From an uncultured Candidatus Saccharibacteria bacterium (lineage in GTDB: Bacteria; Patescibacteriota; Minisyncoccia; Phycocordibacterales; CAIZLB01), in NCBI GenBank assembly GCA_964450605.1, contig CAYVEK010000001.1:8430-72429 (forward strand): a stretch of DNA of 64,000 nucleotides, in the 5' to 3' direction. The notes under the pieces are model-generated. The model made no database searches and was not told the DNA's origin. It saw nothing but the letters and a program-made list of their open reading frames with translations. This document shows, one piece after another, positions 52,448 through 62,169 of this stretch (the stretch's first letter is position 1; every line of letters starts with the position of its first letter). Both the position numbers and the translations under genes were made by a program.

Positions 52448-55400
52448 ATGAATATTTTATATAAATATCTGTATCTATTACTATTAATACCCAGCGTTAT
52501 TTTCGCCCAAACAACCATCCCTGATCCAAACGCGCCGATGCGTCTTGATGGTTTTCAGAATCCGTTTGCACAGGCAGATGGAACGGTAAATTGTTTTGAC
52601 TACTATTCATTTGGTAGTGTTCAAGCAGAATTTACTCCATCAGTTACACAAGTTGTTGCCGGTACAAAGATAACTTTCAAAGGATTGCTTCATAATAAAA
52701 ATCAGTATCCTGTTGTAAATGGATCTTTTATTGTTAAAATCTTCAAGACAAATGAATCTTCAGAAAAAAATATTTTTGGACCAGATGTTGTTGATGAGTT
52801 TATTGTAAAAAAAGATGTGTCCCTAAACGCAAGTAGTGCGGTACCTATTTCATTTGATTGGAAAGTTCCTAGTCATGCACCGTCGGGCACATACAAGGCT
52901 GTAGCTTTTTTTACAGTTGCAGATAAATTTAACCTACTAGGGCTTACCTTTACTGATGATGTGATAGGTAATTCTGCAAACTTCGCCGTCTTGGGAGAAA
53001 ATTCAGATTTTATTGGTTTTAATAAAACAAAAGTATTTGTTGACGGTAATCAATATTTTTTTGCCGCATATCCTCCAAGAGTTAGCGGAACATCAAGTAT
53101 CCCTGTTGAGGCTGAATTGCAAAATCCAACATCACAGATAAAAAGAGTTAAGGTCTTGTGGGAAGTTTACTCGTGGGATGCTCAATCTGAAAAAAACTTT
53201 TTGACGAGTTCGACTACCTTTGTAACGCTGCAACCAAAATCAAGTCTTAAAACTTCAATGGCTGTTTGGCATACAGAAAAACCTGTATATTATGTACGAG
53301 CAACAGCTTTGTATGAAGATAGTAAGTCTATTTTAGGAGTTCGTTTTGTTCGTAGAGATATAAATGATGCTCGTATCAACTTTCCATCAGTACAATCATT
53401 TCCTCTAAAAAAGGGTGAGAAAAACGGTTTATTTTCTTGCTTACACTCTATAAGTGATACTGCAGAAGCTCCTTCAGGAACACTTAAACTTACTCTCACA
53501 GATTTGAAGGACAACGTTATTCATAAATATGAGTACTCAGGTGTTATTACGGGTAATATGATGGGCGTTCAGGAAGCGTTCACTCCTGAAAAAGATTTTG
53601 ATAATGTCAAATTAAAAGCAGAGCTTATTTCAAATGGAAAAACTGTTGATTCTTCCGAGCTTATATATATGTGTGAAAATATAAATCCAAAAGATTGTAA
53701 ATCAAATACTAAAACAATCGCGCTCATAGCAGTTGTCCTGTTTGCGATTATTGCGGCATTTATCTTTAGAAAAAAATATAAAAAAGAAATAATCACAATA
53801 TTCCTGTGTTCTATCTTCTTTGGTCCTCACATGACTTTTGCAAAAGATGTTCAGTGGAATCAGACAGTAAACAGAGGTTTCTCTTATTATTTTGATAGCA
53901 CTGCGACTCCGGATATCACTACACCTTTTTGGCATATCGGTTTATTGTCTCCAAACATTACAGTAAGATATTCTGCTCAAGTTACAAATGCTGACACGGG
54001 TGCAGTTATTGCTGATGGATCAAATGTATCTCCTGGAACAAAATTAAATTTTACATTTTCTCCACATACATCATCTGATATCTATTGGTTTGGTACAGGA
54101 TTTTCAACCGATAGCCCATATGGAGAATGGGGATCTATAACAACTCCTCCCGCCATCACTTGTCAGACAAAAGATTTTGTAAATTACGATACATCTCCAC
54201 CTCCACTAAACTTTGCAATTTATATTCCTCTTGTTATAGCTCCGCCAACGAAAAGTCTTACTAACACATCTGGAATGACTTGTGTTGATTTGAACTCAAC
54301 AACAAAGCAGTGCACAGTTACTGGAACAGGCGCATTAAATCCTACATTTCAATTTGATCAAACATCAGGAAAGTTTTTCTATAGACTAAAAGGAACAAAT
54401 TATTATGGAGGTCGATGTATAGGAACAAATGTTCCCATGGAAGTCATAACATCGACAACAGGTCATGAACCGTATACTTTGTCAGTACCTGGACAAAGTA
54501 TTACATACAACCTTGTCAGTGTTTCTAACTCACAACCTCCAACTGCACCAGTTATAACTGGTCCTACAACGGGATATGTAAATGAAGTTTATACATTTAA
54601 TTTCAAATCAACTGACCCTGATAACGATCAGGTTAGATACGGAATAGATTGGTCTGGAGGAAACACTGTAAATGAATGGGTTCCCGGATCTGGCTATGTT
54701 CCCGATGAGACTGATCAAACTTCTACAAAAAGTTGGACGACTCCAGGAACGTACACTTTCAAAATCAAAGCTCAAGATAATCAAGGTGCCGATTCTGGAT
54801 GGACTACACATACAATAGTCATAAGTAATAACCCAGACCACTGTACCAACATCTCCGGCTCTCAAGCATCAGCGCTCTTCCAAGCTCATGGTAGAGACTA
54901 CTTCCAATCACTAGATGATGGTAAACTCTACTTTGTCCCATCAAGTGCATCTTCACCACAGGTTTGTGCAGTAGACATGTGTGCAGATACATCAGCGATA
55001 GAAGAGGATATACCAGCAGGCTATGTATGGAACCCGTCAGGTGTAACAGCATATCAACAATACTCATGTGTGCTTGATACACCAGAGGTATGCTCATGTT
55101 CAGGTAGAACATACAATTGTTCTGATAATGGCGTGCAAACATCATCAACTCCAAATGCACCTCAATGTGCACTAACTGCATCATGTTCATACGCACAGCC
55201 AACAGGAAACCAGGTGACATTTAACTACACCGCAACAAATGTGCTAGGCTCACTCATCAATGGAGGGTCTCAAGCGTTTACAATACCGACAACAGGACAA
55301 GGAACGATATCAGACAGTAGAGTATTGAGTAATACAGGTGATGGGCAAACATCAACGGCGGCGTGTTCGTATAACTACGTAAGTACTGATCCTAAGATTG

Positions 55401-55645
55401 TGAGTTTTGTTGCGTCAAAAGTTGTAGCACAAGGTTCTCAATGTACCTTTACATGGCAAACAGCAGATATGACAGCTTGCACTCTTAGTGGTGAAAGTGT
55501 TAGCTTAACAGGAAACAGGTCATATTCAACCAGTGCGGGCAAGAACATAACCAAAACACTGTCTTGTACAACCAACGAACAAGTTCCTCAAACTGTAGCT
55601 ATGACCAGAACATGCTTTGTGAAGCCGGAGGTGGAGGAGAGGTAG
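52448..55645 (+). CDS. large secreted/surface protein with Ig/PKD-like domains and internal TM + signal-like segment
   Basis: Signal peptide; PKD-like DPDNDQVRYGIDW...TPGTYTFKIKAQD; Cys-rich C-terminus. Confidence 0.8.
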   Translation: MNILYKYLYLLLLIPSVIFAQTTIPDPNAPMRLDGFQNPFAQADGTVNCFDYYSFGSVQAEFTPSVTQVVAGTKITFKGLLHNKNQYPVVNGSFIVKIFKTNESSEKNIFGPDVVDEFIVKKDVSLNASSAVPISFDWKVPSHAPSGTYKAVAFFTVADKFNLLGLTFTDDVIGNSANFAVLGENSDFIGFNKTKVFVDGNQYFFAAYPPRVSGTSSIPVEAELQNPTSQIKRVKVLWEVYSWDAQSEKNFLTSSTTFVTLQPKSSLKTSMAVWHTEKPVYYVRATALYEDSKSILGVRFVRRDINDARINFPSVQSFPLKKGEKNGLFSCLHSISDTAEAPSGTLKLTLTDLKDNVIHKYEYSGVITGNMMGVQEAFTPEKDFDNVKLKAELISNGKTVDSSELIYMCENINPKDCKSNTKTIALIAVVLFAIIAAFIFRKKYKKEIITIFLCSIFFGPHMTFAKDVQWNQTVNRGFSYYFDSTATPDITTPFWHIGLLSPNITVRYSAQVTNADTGAVIADGSNVSPGTKLNFTFSPHTSSDIYWFGTGFSTDSPYGEWGSITTPPAITCQTKDFVNYDTSPPPLNFAIYIPLVIAPPTKSLTNTSGMTCVDLNSTTKQCTVTGTGALNPTFQFDQTSGKFFYRLKGTNYYGGRCIGTNVPMEVITSTTGHEPYTLSVPGQSITYNLVSVSNSQPPTAPVITGPTTGYVNEVYTFNFKSTDPDNDQVRYGIDWSGGNTVNEWVPGSGYVPDETDQTSTKSWTTPGTYTFKIKAQDNQGADSGWTTHTIVISNNPDHCTNISGSQASALFQAHGRDYFQSLDDGKLYFVPSSASSPQVCAVDMCADTSAIEEDIPAGYVWNPSGVTAYQQYSCVLDTPEVCSCSGRTYNCSDNGVQTSSTPNAPQCALTASCSYAQPTGNQVTFNYTATNVLGSLINGGSQAFTIPTTGQGTISDSRVLSNTGDGQTSTAACSYNYVSTDPKIVSFVASKVVAQGSQCTFTWQTADMTACTLSGESVSLTGNRSYSTSAGKNITKTLSCTTNEQVPQTVAMTRTCFVKPEVEER

Positions 55646-55716
55646 GATAAAACAATGATTATGCCTATATAGCTAGGTAGCACAGCGTTGATATAGTTGG
55701 TATAATAAGAGACATT

Positions 55717-57837
55717 ATGGCAGACAAACCAGCAAAGAAATCAACCTATGACGCGAGCGCTATTCAAGTTCTCGAAGGTCTAGAACCAGTACGAAAACGA
55801 CCAGGTATGTACATTGGTACAACAGGTCCAGACGGTTTACATCATTTGATTAACGAGATTTTTGATAACTCTCGTGATGAAGCTATGGGAGGTCATGCTG
55901 ATCGTATAGAGGTTGCTCTTCTTCCACACGGTTATGTGCGAGTTGTTGATAATGGTCGAGGTATTCCAACAGGTATACATCCAAAAACAAAAGTATCTGC
56001 ACTCGAAACTACTATGACCGTTCTTCATGCTGGAGGTAAGTTTGGTGGAGAGGGATATAAAGTATCTGGAGGTTTGCACGGTGTAGGTGCGTCTGTAGTA
56101 AACGCGCTGTCTGTTCATACTTCTGTTACTGTACACCAAGATGGTGGAAAATTTTTTCAAGAGTACGAGATAGGAAAACCAAAAGCCTCTGTTAAAAAGA
56201 TAGGTACTTCAAAAGTTCATGGAACAATAGTGATGTGGAAAGCTGATGATACTATCTTTAAAGATGGTATTAATTATGATTGGAACAGAATCACATCATA
56301 TTTACGACAACAGGCATACCTGCTCAAAGGTTTAAAGATTCACGTGGTTGATCTTCGGGAAAATGAGATGTCAGAAAAAGAGATGTTTAAGCTAACATCA
56401 GAATGCATATATCTGTATGATGAAGGTCTTGTTTCTCCATCAATGAGTTATTATTTCGAAGGAGGGCTTCGATCAATGGTTGTGTTTTACAATCAACATC
56501 AAAAACCAATTCATAAAAATATCTTCTATGTTGATAAAGAATATACATCAAGTGATAAAGGTGTAGAAGGAAAAAGTGTGATGGTTGAGATAGCTTTGCA
56601 GTATGTTGATGATATAAATATCAAACTTGTTCCATTTGCCAACAACATTTATAACCCAGAACACGGAACACATGTTACAGGTTTTAAAACTGCACTTACT
56701 CGAACTCTTAATACCTATGGAAAGAAAAATAATCTCATAAAAGATGATGAATCATTTACAGGAGATGATGTTCTTGAGGGTATATGTGCTGTTGTCTCTG
56801 TAAAACTACAAGAGATTCAGTTTGAAGGACAGACAAAAGCAAAACTTGGTTCTACAGAAGCTCAATCTGCGACAAGTTCTGTATTCGGTGAAGCATTTGC
56901 AGAATTTCTAGAAGAACATCCTGAAGAAGCAAAGGCAATCATTGCCAAAGTTGTGATGGCTGTACGAGCTCGAAAAGCTGCTAAAGCTGCTAAGGATTCT
57001 ATTCTTCGAAAAGGAGCACTTGAAGGCATGACGCTTCCAGGAAAACTTTCTGACTGTCAGAGTAGAAAAGCTGAGGAGTCTGAGTTGTTTATCGTAGAGG
57101 GAGACTCTGCTGGAGGTACGGCTGTTGCTGGGCGAGATCGAAAAACACAAGCAGTGTTACCACTTCGAGGAAAAATTTTGAACATCGAACGTGCACGTCT
57201 TGATAAGATACTGGCATCAGAGCAGGTTCGAAACTTGGTTGTAGCACTTGGAACAGCGATCGGTGATGTGTTTGATATTACAAAACTTCGATATCACAAA
57301 GTGATTATTGCAACCGATGCCGATGTTGACGGTGCTCATATTCGAACACTTATACTTACACTTTTGTATAGATATTTTAAACCATTGATCGAAGGTGGTT
57401 ATATATACATTGCACAACCCCCTCTATATAAGATAAAGTATGGAAAAGAGTTGGTGTACGCATATTCAGATGATGAGAAAAATACATTTCTAAAAAGTAT
57501 CGGTTTTGAAGGTTTAGATGTAAAAGATCCTGTTGAAGGTGAAGAGGGGGAAGAGTCTGCTGAGGTGACAGAGGAGTCAGATGAAGATGATGGAAAAGAT
57601 GATGGTAAAACTCGAACAAAGAAACCTTTCATACAACGATACAAAGGTTTGGGAGAGATGAATGCTGAAGAGCTAGGTGAGACAACTATGGATGCTAAAA
57701 AACGAGTTCTAAAACAGGTTCGTATTGATGATATTGTTGAGACAGATAGAGTTATAGACGTACTCATGGGAACAGATGTTGTTTCTCGAAAAAGCTTTAT
57801 ACAAACAAACGCTAAGAACGCTCATCTCGATATCTAA
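55717..57837 (+). CDS. gyrB: DNA gyrase subunit B
   Basis: VRKRPGMYIG, HAGGKF, EGDSAGG, PLRGK, DADVDG, QRYKGLGEM. Confidence 0.97.
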   Translation: MADKPAKKSTYDASAIQVLEGLEPVRKRPGMYIGTTGPDGLHHLINEIFDNSRDEAMGGHADRIEVALLPHGYVRVVDNGRGIPTGIHPKTKVSALETTMTVLHAGGKFGGEGYKVSGGLHGVGASVVNALSVHTSVTVHQDGGKFFQEYEIGKPKASVKKIGTSKVHGTIVMWKADDTIFKDGINYDWNRITSYLRQQAYLLKGLKIHVVDLRENEMSEKEMFKLTSECIYLYDEGLVSPSMSYYFEGGLRSMVVFYNQHQKPIHKNIFYVDKEYTSSDKGVEGKSVMVEIALQYVDDINIKLVPFANNIYNPEHGTHVTGFKTALTRTLNTYGKKNNLIKDDESFTGDDVLEGICAVVSVKLQEIQFEGQTKAKLGSTEAQSATSSVFGEAFAEFLEEHPEEAKAIIAKVVMAVRARKAAKAAKDSILRKGALEGMTLPGKLSDCQSRKAEESELFIVEGDSAGGTAVAGRDRKTQAVLPLRGKILNIERARLDKILASEQVRNLVVALGTAIGDVFDITKLRYHKVIIATDADVDGAHIRTLILTLLYRYFKPLIEGGYIYIAQPPLYKIKYGKELVYAYSDDEKNTFLKSIGFEGLDVKDPVEGEEGEESAEVTEESDEDDGKDDGKTRTKKPFIQRYKGLGEMNAEELGETTMDAKKRVLKQVRIDDIVETDRVIDVLMGTDVVSRKSFIQTNAKNAHLDI

Positions 57838-57854
57838 AAAGGCGGGTAGGGGTA

Positions 57855-57934
57855 TGTGGATAACTTGTCATTTAGTTGACAGGTTATCTTTATGTTGTAT
57901 ACTTAAGTCAGTGCCATATTCGCGCACCTTGAAA
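57855..57934 (+). promoter_or_regulatory. DnaA-box-like site, sigma70 promoter and boxA-like motif
   Basis: TGTGGATAA; TTGACA-16-TATACT; GCACCTTGAAA at 57924. Confidence 0.55.
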
Positions 57935-57990
57935 TATTGTCGTCTGTAAAGCGACCTTCAGGGTGTTAGATGTGGTCTCCAATTCAACTT

Positions 57991-59049
57991 ATGAACTCAA
58001 CATCAGCAGCGGTTTTCCGTCTTGTTGTTTTGGTCTTGATGATCCTGTTCACAGCAGGGGCCTCAAAGGCTGAGACCTACAAAGCGGTTGTTACCGATTT
58101 TAGCTTGAGTTTTAATCCGCCGGATCCTCTAGATCCATTCAAGAACTCAAGTTCTAACCTGCACATGACGGACATGTCGCAGGTTTCGGCCGAAACGACG
58201 GTGTACTTCTCCGTTCGTTTTCGGTTTCTCGGGGATACTTCGGGCCAGTGGCTCTCTGTGAGTCAGCCGAACTTTCCCGGCAGTAACTCCTTCACGATGA
58301 TGGGTCAGAAGGAGCAGGGTGGTGGTGTACGCTACCCAAACGGTCTCGGAGGTGCTCAAAACATCTCTATTGCGGGTTCGGTCTACACTGGCTACGACTA
58401 TCCGAAGAATCCAAATCCTACAACAGGTGGGGCGTGGATCTACGGCAAAGACGTCGCGGGGAATATCGTCACCCCAACCGGGAGTCCGATCAAGGATCCT
58501 GGTGCCGTGCCGTTCAATGGCGGGGCCTATATGGTCAACTCTAACCCCAATCTTCGGGTATACGAGTTTTCCGTTATCGGAGCCCGTCGGAAGTTCGGCT
58601 CGTCGTTTGTGTCAGGGGTTAATAACCTCAGGGCTCAAGCCGCCCTGACCGGCGCTAAGTTCAACCTCTTTGTTGACGTGACAAGCAGTATTGGGGTCGA
58701 CTCGGTACTAGGCCCGACAGAAGGGTGCAAGTGCTATCTTCAGTATCCTGAGTGGTTGCGCTTCCCAACGATCTATGTCGGCGATCAGTTTGGTCCGGTC
58801 AAACTCGACCTTCAAATACTGTCGGTTGGAAATTTCCTGATCAAAAATGGTCGCTTGTCGACCATGATCCTGCAAAGGTCGGGAGATCTTCGTAACTGGT
58901 ACACAGTACCAGCGGTCGATTACTCGATCTCAAATCTGGTCAACGGCGACACCGCCCTGACCATGATCGGATTAGGAAGTCAAACCACTCACCTGTCCAT
59001 CCCTCCGCAGGACGGGCCAAACTGCTTCTACCGCCTCGCGTACCCATAA
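57991..59049 (+). CDS. GC-rich secreted hypothetical protein with LQxSxDLxxW...FYRL C-terminal domain
   Basis: Signal peptide (ASKA|E); codon usage distinct from neighbours. Confidence 0.75.
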   Translation: MNSTSAAVFRLVVLVLMILFTAGASKAETYKAVVTDFSLSFNPPDPLDPFKNSSSNLHMTDMSQVSAETTVYFSVRFRFLGDTSGQWLSVSQPNFPGSNSFTMMGQKEQGGGVRYPNGLGGAQNISIAGSVYTGYDYPKNPNPTTGGAWIYGKDVAGNIVTPTGSPIKDPGAVPFNGGAYMVNSNPNLRVYEFSVIGARRKFGSSFVSGVNNLRAQAALTGAKFNLFVDVTSSIGVDSVLGPTEGCKCYLQYPEWLRFPTIYVGDQFGPVKLDLQILSVGNFLIKNGRLSTMILQRSGDLRNWYTVPAVDYSISNLVNGDTALTMIGLGSQTTHLSIPPQDGPNCFYRLAYP

Positions 59050-59114
59050 CGCGCGGGGCACAGCCACAGACGACACCTACACGGAACACCGCCCCAACTG
59101 GCGCGGTGTTGCAG

Positions 59115-59167
59115 AAAAACGAAACCGCCGGGGTCCTTCATTGGATCCCCGGCGGGTTTTTTCGTTT
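59115..59167. terminator. bidirectional terminator
   Basis: CCGCCGGGGTCC/GGATCCCCGGCGG stem flanked by A- and T-tracts between convergent genes. Confidence 0.85.
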
Positions 59168-59178
59168 AGATTTTAAAT

Positions 59179-60564
59179 CTAGTTTATATAGATACCTACT
59201 GTCTGTGAGTTATCACTTTCATTTGATTCACTTACGTTGTTGTATGAATCGAGTTGTATTGAGAGTGTTTGATTTCCTCGTATAAGATCTGTCAGATCAA
59301 AATATACGATTTGTTCTCCACCTGCTTGTATAGGTCCGTTTGATGAAGAGAACTCTCGATATCCACTTCCGATATTTTGTACTCCAAGACGTGTGGTCCA
59401 TGAGTTGTTAAAATATCCTCCAGTGTTTCGAACTCGTACTCGCACAGAAACTCGTTCACCGTATGGTATAGAAGTACTCTGGTAAAATGATCCACCGATC
59501 ATTCGTCCAACTTCCACACTTGATATCATCAAGTTAGGGTTTCCGTTGTTATAGTCGTAGTTGTAAGAGTTTCCACAGTTATACCATCCGTAGATGTGAC
59601 TGTAACACTGGTTTTGATACGGATAGTAGTTGTTGTAGTTGTTATTATTGTATCCGTTACAGTATCTATTTCCGTATGAGTCTGTATAACATCCAGAATC
59701 GTATGGATAATTGTAGTTATTGTTATAGTTTGTATTTCGAATATTTCTTAGCTCAACATTTAACACGTTGTCAGATTCATTTGTTTCTCGTATAGAGTTT
59801 TCTGGATCTGCTTGTATCTGCACGACAGGTGTACCTCTTGAAGTATCTATTCCTGTAAATCGAGCTTCCGCTGTATATGAACTTTCACCTGGAATAGTTG
59901 AAAGATTTGTCATATTTTTAAGTCTGTCATTTGTATCTATGGCAGGCATTGTAACTCGAAGAGTCCATGGGCCCGTAGCTCCAGCTTCTTCATTTAAGAT
60001 TTTGAATCGAACAGACACTGTATCATTTGTATTAAATGTATTTGTCTGAACAAATTGACCTGTACTATCTATAATACCAACTGATGAAAGAGTTAGTTTT
60101 ATATTTTTACTTAGTGGTACATATGTCGGTGTAGTTGTTCTAGGTAAGACATAAGATGTGTAATCTGTCTCGTATACATACTTAACAGGGGTTACAGTTT
60201 TCTTTGTTGTTGTTTTTACAGTAGATGTGTTTACTTTATTTGGATTTGTTACCTGTGCGGGAGTGTTTACATATGTTGTATCTACATCATCTGCTTTTGT
60301 GTCAGTTGAGTTGTTAGAGTTATCTGGTTGAATAACAACACCATTCAAACCATTTGCAGTTGGTGCAACTGGCTGGGAAGTGGTTGTATCAGCAGACTTG
60401 TTTGCAGTTTTTTCGTCGGTTAAACCTCCGATAGAAACTGTTGCAGAGGCCAGGTTATTTATAGCTTTAGGTATAAGATTAAAAATCTTCATACTAATGA
60501 ATACCAAAAGTATAACCAAGATCAAAATAAGGCCTACTCGTAGAATTGTTCGTAAAATATTCAT
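59179..60564 (-). CDS. membrane-anchored protein with two CARDB-like domains and an Asn/Tyr-rich linker
   Basis: DPENSIRETNESDN and DSYNNVSESNESDN; N-terminal TM. Confidence 0.8.
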   Translation of the reverse strand: MNILRTILRVGLILILVILLVFISMKIFNLIPKAINNLASATVSIGGLTDEKTANKSADTTTSQPVAPTANGLNGVVIQPDNSNNSTDTKADDVDTTYVNTPAQVTNPNKVNTSTVKTTTKKTVTPVKYVYETDYTSYVLPRTTTPTYVPLSKNIKLTLSSVGIIDSTGQFVQTNTFNTNDTVSVRFKILNEEAGATGPWTLRVTMPAIDTNDRLKNMTNLSTIPGESSYTAEARFTGIDTSRGTPVVQIQADPENSIRETNESDNVLNVELRNIRNTNYNNNYNYPYDSGCYTDSYGNRYCNGYNNNNYNNYYPYQNQCYSHIYGWYNCGNSYNYDYNNGNPNLMISSVEVGRMIGGSFYQSTSIPYGERVSVRVRVRNTGGYFNNSWTTRLGVQNIGSGYREFSSSNGPIQAGGEQIVYFDLTDLIRGNQTLSIQLDSYNNVSESNESDNSQTVGIYIN

Positions 60565-60643
60565 AATGCTTGTATTATATAGCTTTTTTAACTGTTTGTC
60601 AAGTTATACAAAGTGCTATAATACCCCCGTAGAAAAGACACCT

Positions 60644-61324
60644 ATGGCAACAGAAATATTCAGCGCTGACGAGAAAAAATTCATTAAAAAGCTTATAAAA
60701 TGGGGCTTAATTATTGTTGTAGCCATAGCCGTACTTTCTGGTCTGTCTCAGGTAATAAATGTCTATCAAACAGAAGGTTCTGCAGGGTTAAAAAGACTTG
60801 TTACAGACGGAGAAGACCTTGCAACGCTTCAAGCTGTAAATGGCGGTAAAAAGGTAGAGTCTATAGTAGGTATTCAGTCAAATACAGGAGAACTTCCATT
60901 GTCCATAGAAGTTCCATCACTAGGTATTCAATCAAATATACAATCACCAGTAGTTCAAACTGTAAAAGTGCTAGATGACGCTCTTAATAGAGGTCCTGTA
61001 TACTATCAAGGATCCGGAACACCGGGTGAAAGAAATATGCTTGTGTTTGGTCACAGTACCGGCTTTAGTATTGTTCGAAATAAAGCATATCAAGTATTTA
61101 ATAATATAAAGAAAGCTCAGGTGGGTTCATACATATATATAAGGACGACAAGCGGTGTTCATACATACAAAACGGTAAATGTACGTCGAGCCAGCAAGTA
61201 CAGTACGTGGGTTGATTTTAATAGCTCAAAACCTATGTTGACATTAGCCACATGTGATAGCTTTGGTAAGGCTTCCGACCGTTGGGTACTCGAGGCAGAG
61301 TATATAGGTTTTGAGAAACGATAA
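60644..61324 (+). CDS. sortase-family protein
   Basis: TM; GHS, FNNI, LTLATC, R catalytic triad. Confidence 0.88.
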   Translation: MATEIFSADEKKFIKKLIKWGLIIVVAIAVLSGLSQVINVYQTEGSAGLKRLVTDGEDLATLQAVNGGKKVESIVGIQSNTGELPLSIEVPSLGIQSNIQSPVVQTVKVLDDALNRGPVYYQGSGTPGERNMLVFGHSTGFSIVRNKAYQVFNNIKKAQVGSYIYIRTTSGVHTYKTVNVRRASKYSTWVDFNSSKPMLTLATCDSFGKASDRWVLEAEYIGFEKR

Positions 61325-61364
61325 GTTCTTGCCTTAAAATCCTTATCGTGCTATATTATTTCTC

Positions 61365-61670
61365 ATGTTAACAATACGACTACAGAGAGTTGGACGAAAG
61401 AACGACTCATCATACCGATTGGTTGTAATCAATTCAAAATATGCCGCAAAAAGTGGTAAGGCTATTGCAATACTTGGTTCAGCTGATTTTCGAAAAAAAG
61501 CTATTCTTGGAGAGTCTTTAAAGGCAGACAAGATAAAAGATTATATTTCTAAAGGGGCAACAGTTTCTGATACAGTGCACAACTTACTTGTTGATGCTGG
61601 TATCGTAAAAGGAAAAAAGATCAATGTTCTTCCTAAAAAAGCTCCTATCAAAAAAGAGCAGACAGCATAG
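61365..61670 (+). CDS. rpsP: 30S ribosomal protein S16
   Basis: MLTIRLQRVGRK..YRLVV, GATVSDTV. Confidence 0.96.
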   Translation: MLTIRLQRVGRKNDSSYRLVVINSKYAAKSGKAIAILGSADFRKKAILGESLKADKIKDYISKGATVSDTVHNLLVDAGIVKGKKINVLPKKAPIKKEQTA

Positions 61671-61688
61671 TTGCTTGTAATAAATATT

Positions 61689-61736
61689 TTGTAAAAAACT
61701 TTATCCGGTTGCACTATCGGATAAAGTTTTTTACAA
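61689..61736. terminator. 19-bp perfect inverted repeat / terminator-like hairpin
   Basis: TTGTAAAAAACTTTATCCG / CGGATAAAGTTTTTTACAA. Confidence 0.7.
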
Positions 61737-61772
61737 TTAGAGTATTACAAATAAAAACACGAATAAACACAT

Positions 61773-62030
61773 ATGACACTAGAAGAAGCAGATGTAGCAT
61801 TTCTAACATTTATCATCAAGTCAATGGTTGACAATCAGGATGCAGTAAAAGTAACACGAACAGTAGATGAGATGGGTGTGCTTTTGAATCTTGTAGTTGA
61901 TAAGGCTGATATGGGAAAAGTGATTGGAAGAGATGGTTCAACAGCAAAAGCAATTCGAACTATACTTCGTGTGTTTGGTATGAAAAATAATGCACGAGTT
62001 AATCTAAAAATTAACGAGCCTGCAGAATAA
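61773..62030 (+). CDS. khpA: KH-domain RNA-binding protein
   Basis: DMGKVIGRDGSTAKAIRTIL; follows rpsP. Confidence 0.9.
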   Translation: MTLEEADVAFLTFIIKSMVDNQDAVKVTRTVDEMGVLLNLVVDKADMGKVIGRDGSTAKAIRTILRVFGMKNNARVNLKINEPAE

Positions 62031-62169
62031 AGTTATACACATATAACGTAAAATACTGTTGACATCACTGTTGGCATAAAAGTATACTATAAATGTTCTT
62101 TGCGAACTCGAAAATATCCGCCAAAAAGCGGGTATTTTTGTTTGTGAATATGTGCTATATTCAAGTCAC

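Noticed and set aside
59560-59740. AAC/TAC-rich tract as a possible DGR template repeat
   Set aside because: It is in-frame Asn/Tyr low-complexity coding sequence and does not align to the 23020-23168 variable-like region.
57855-62042. Scattered DnaA-box-like 9-mers as oriC
   Set aside because: Only isolated boxes (57855, 62034), with no cluster and no dnaA/dnaN nearby.
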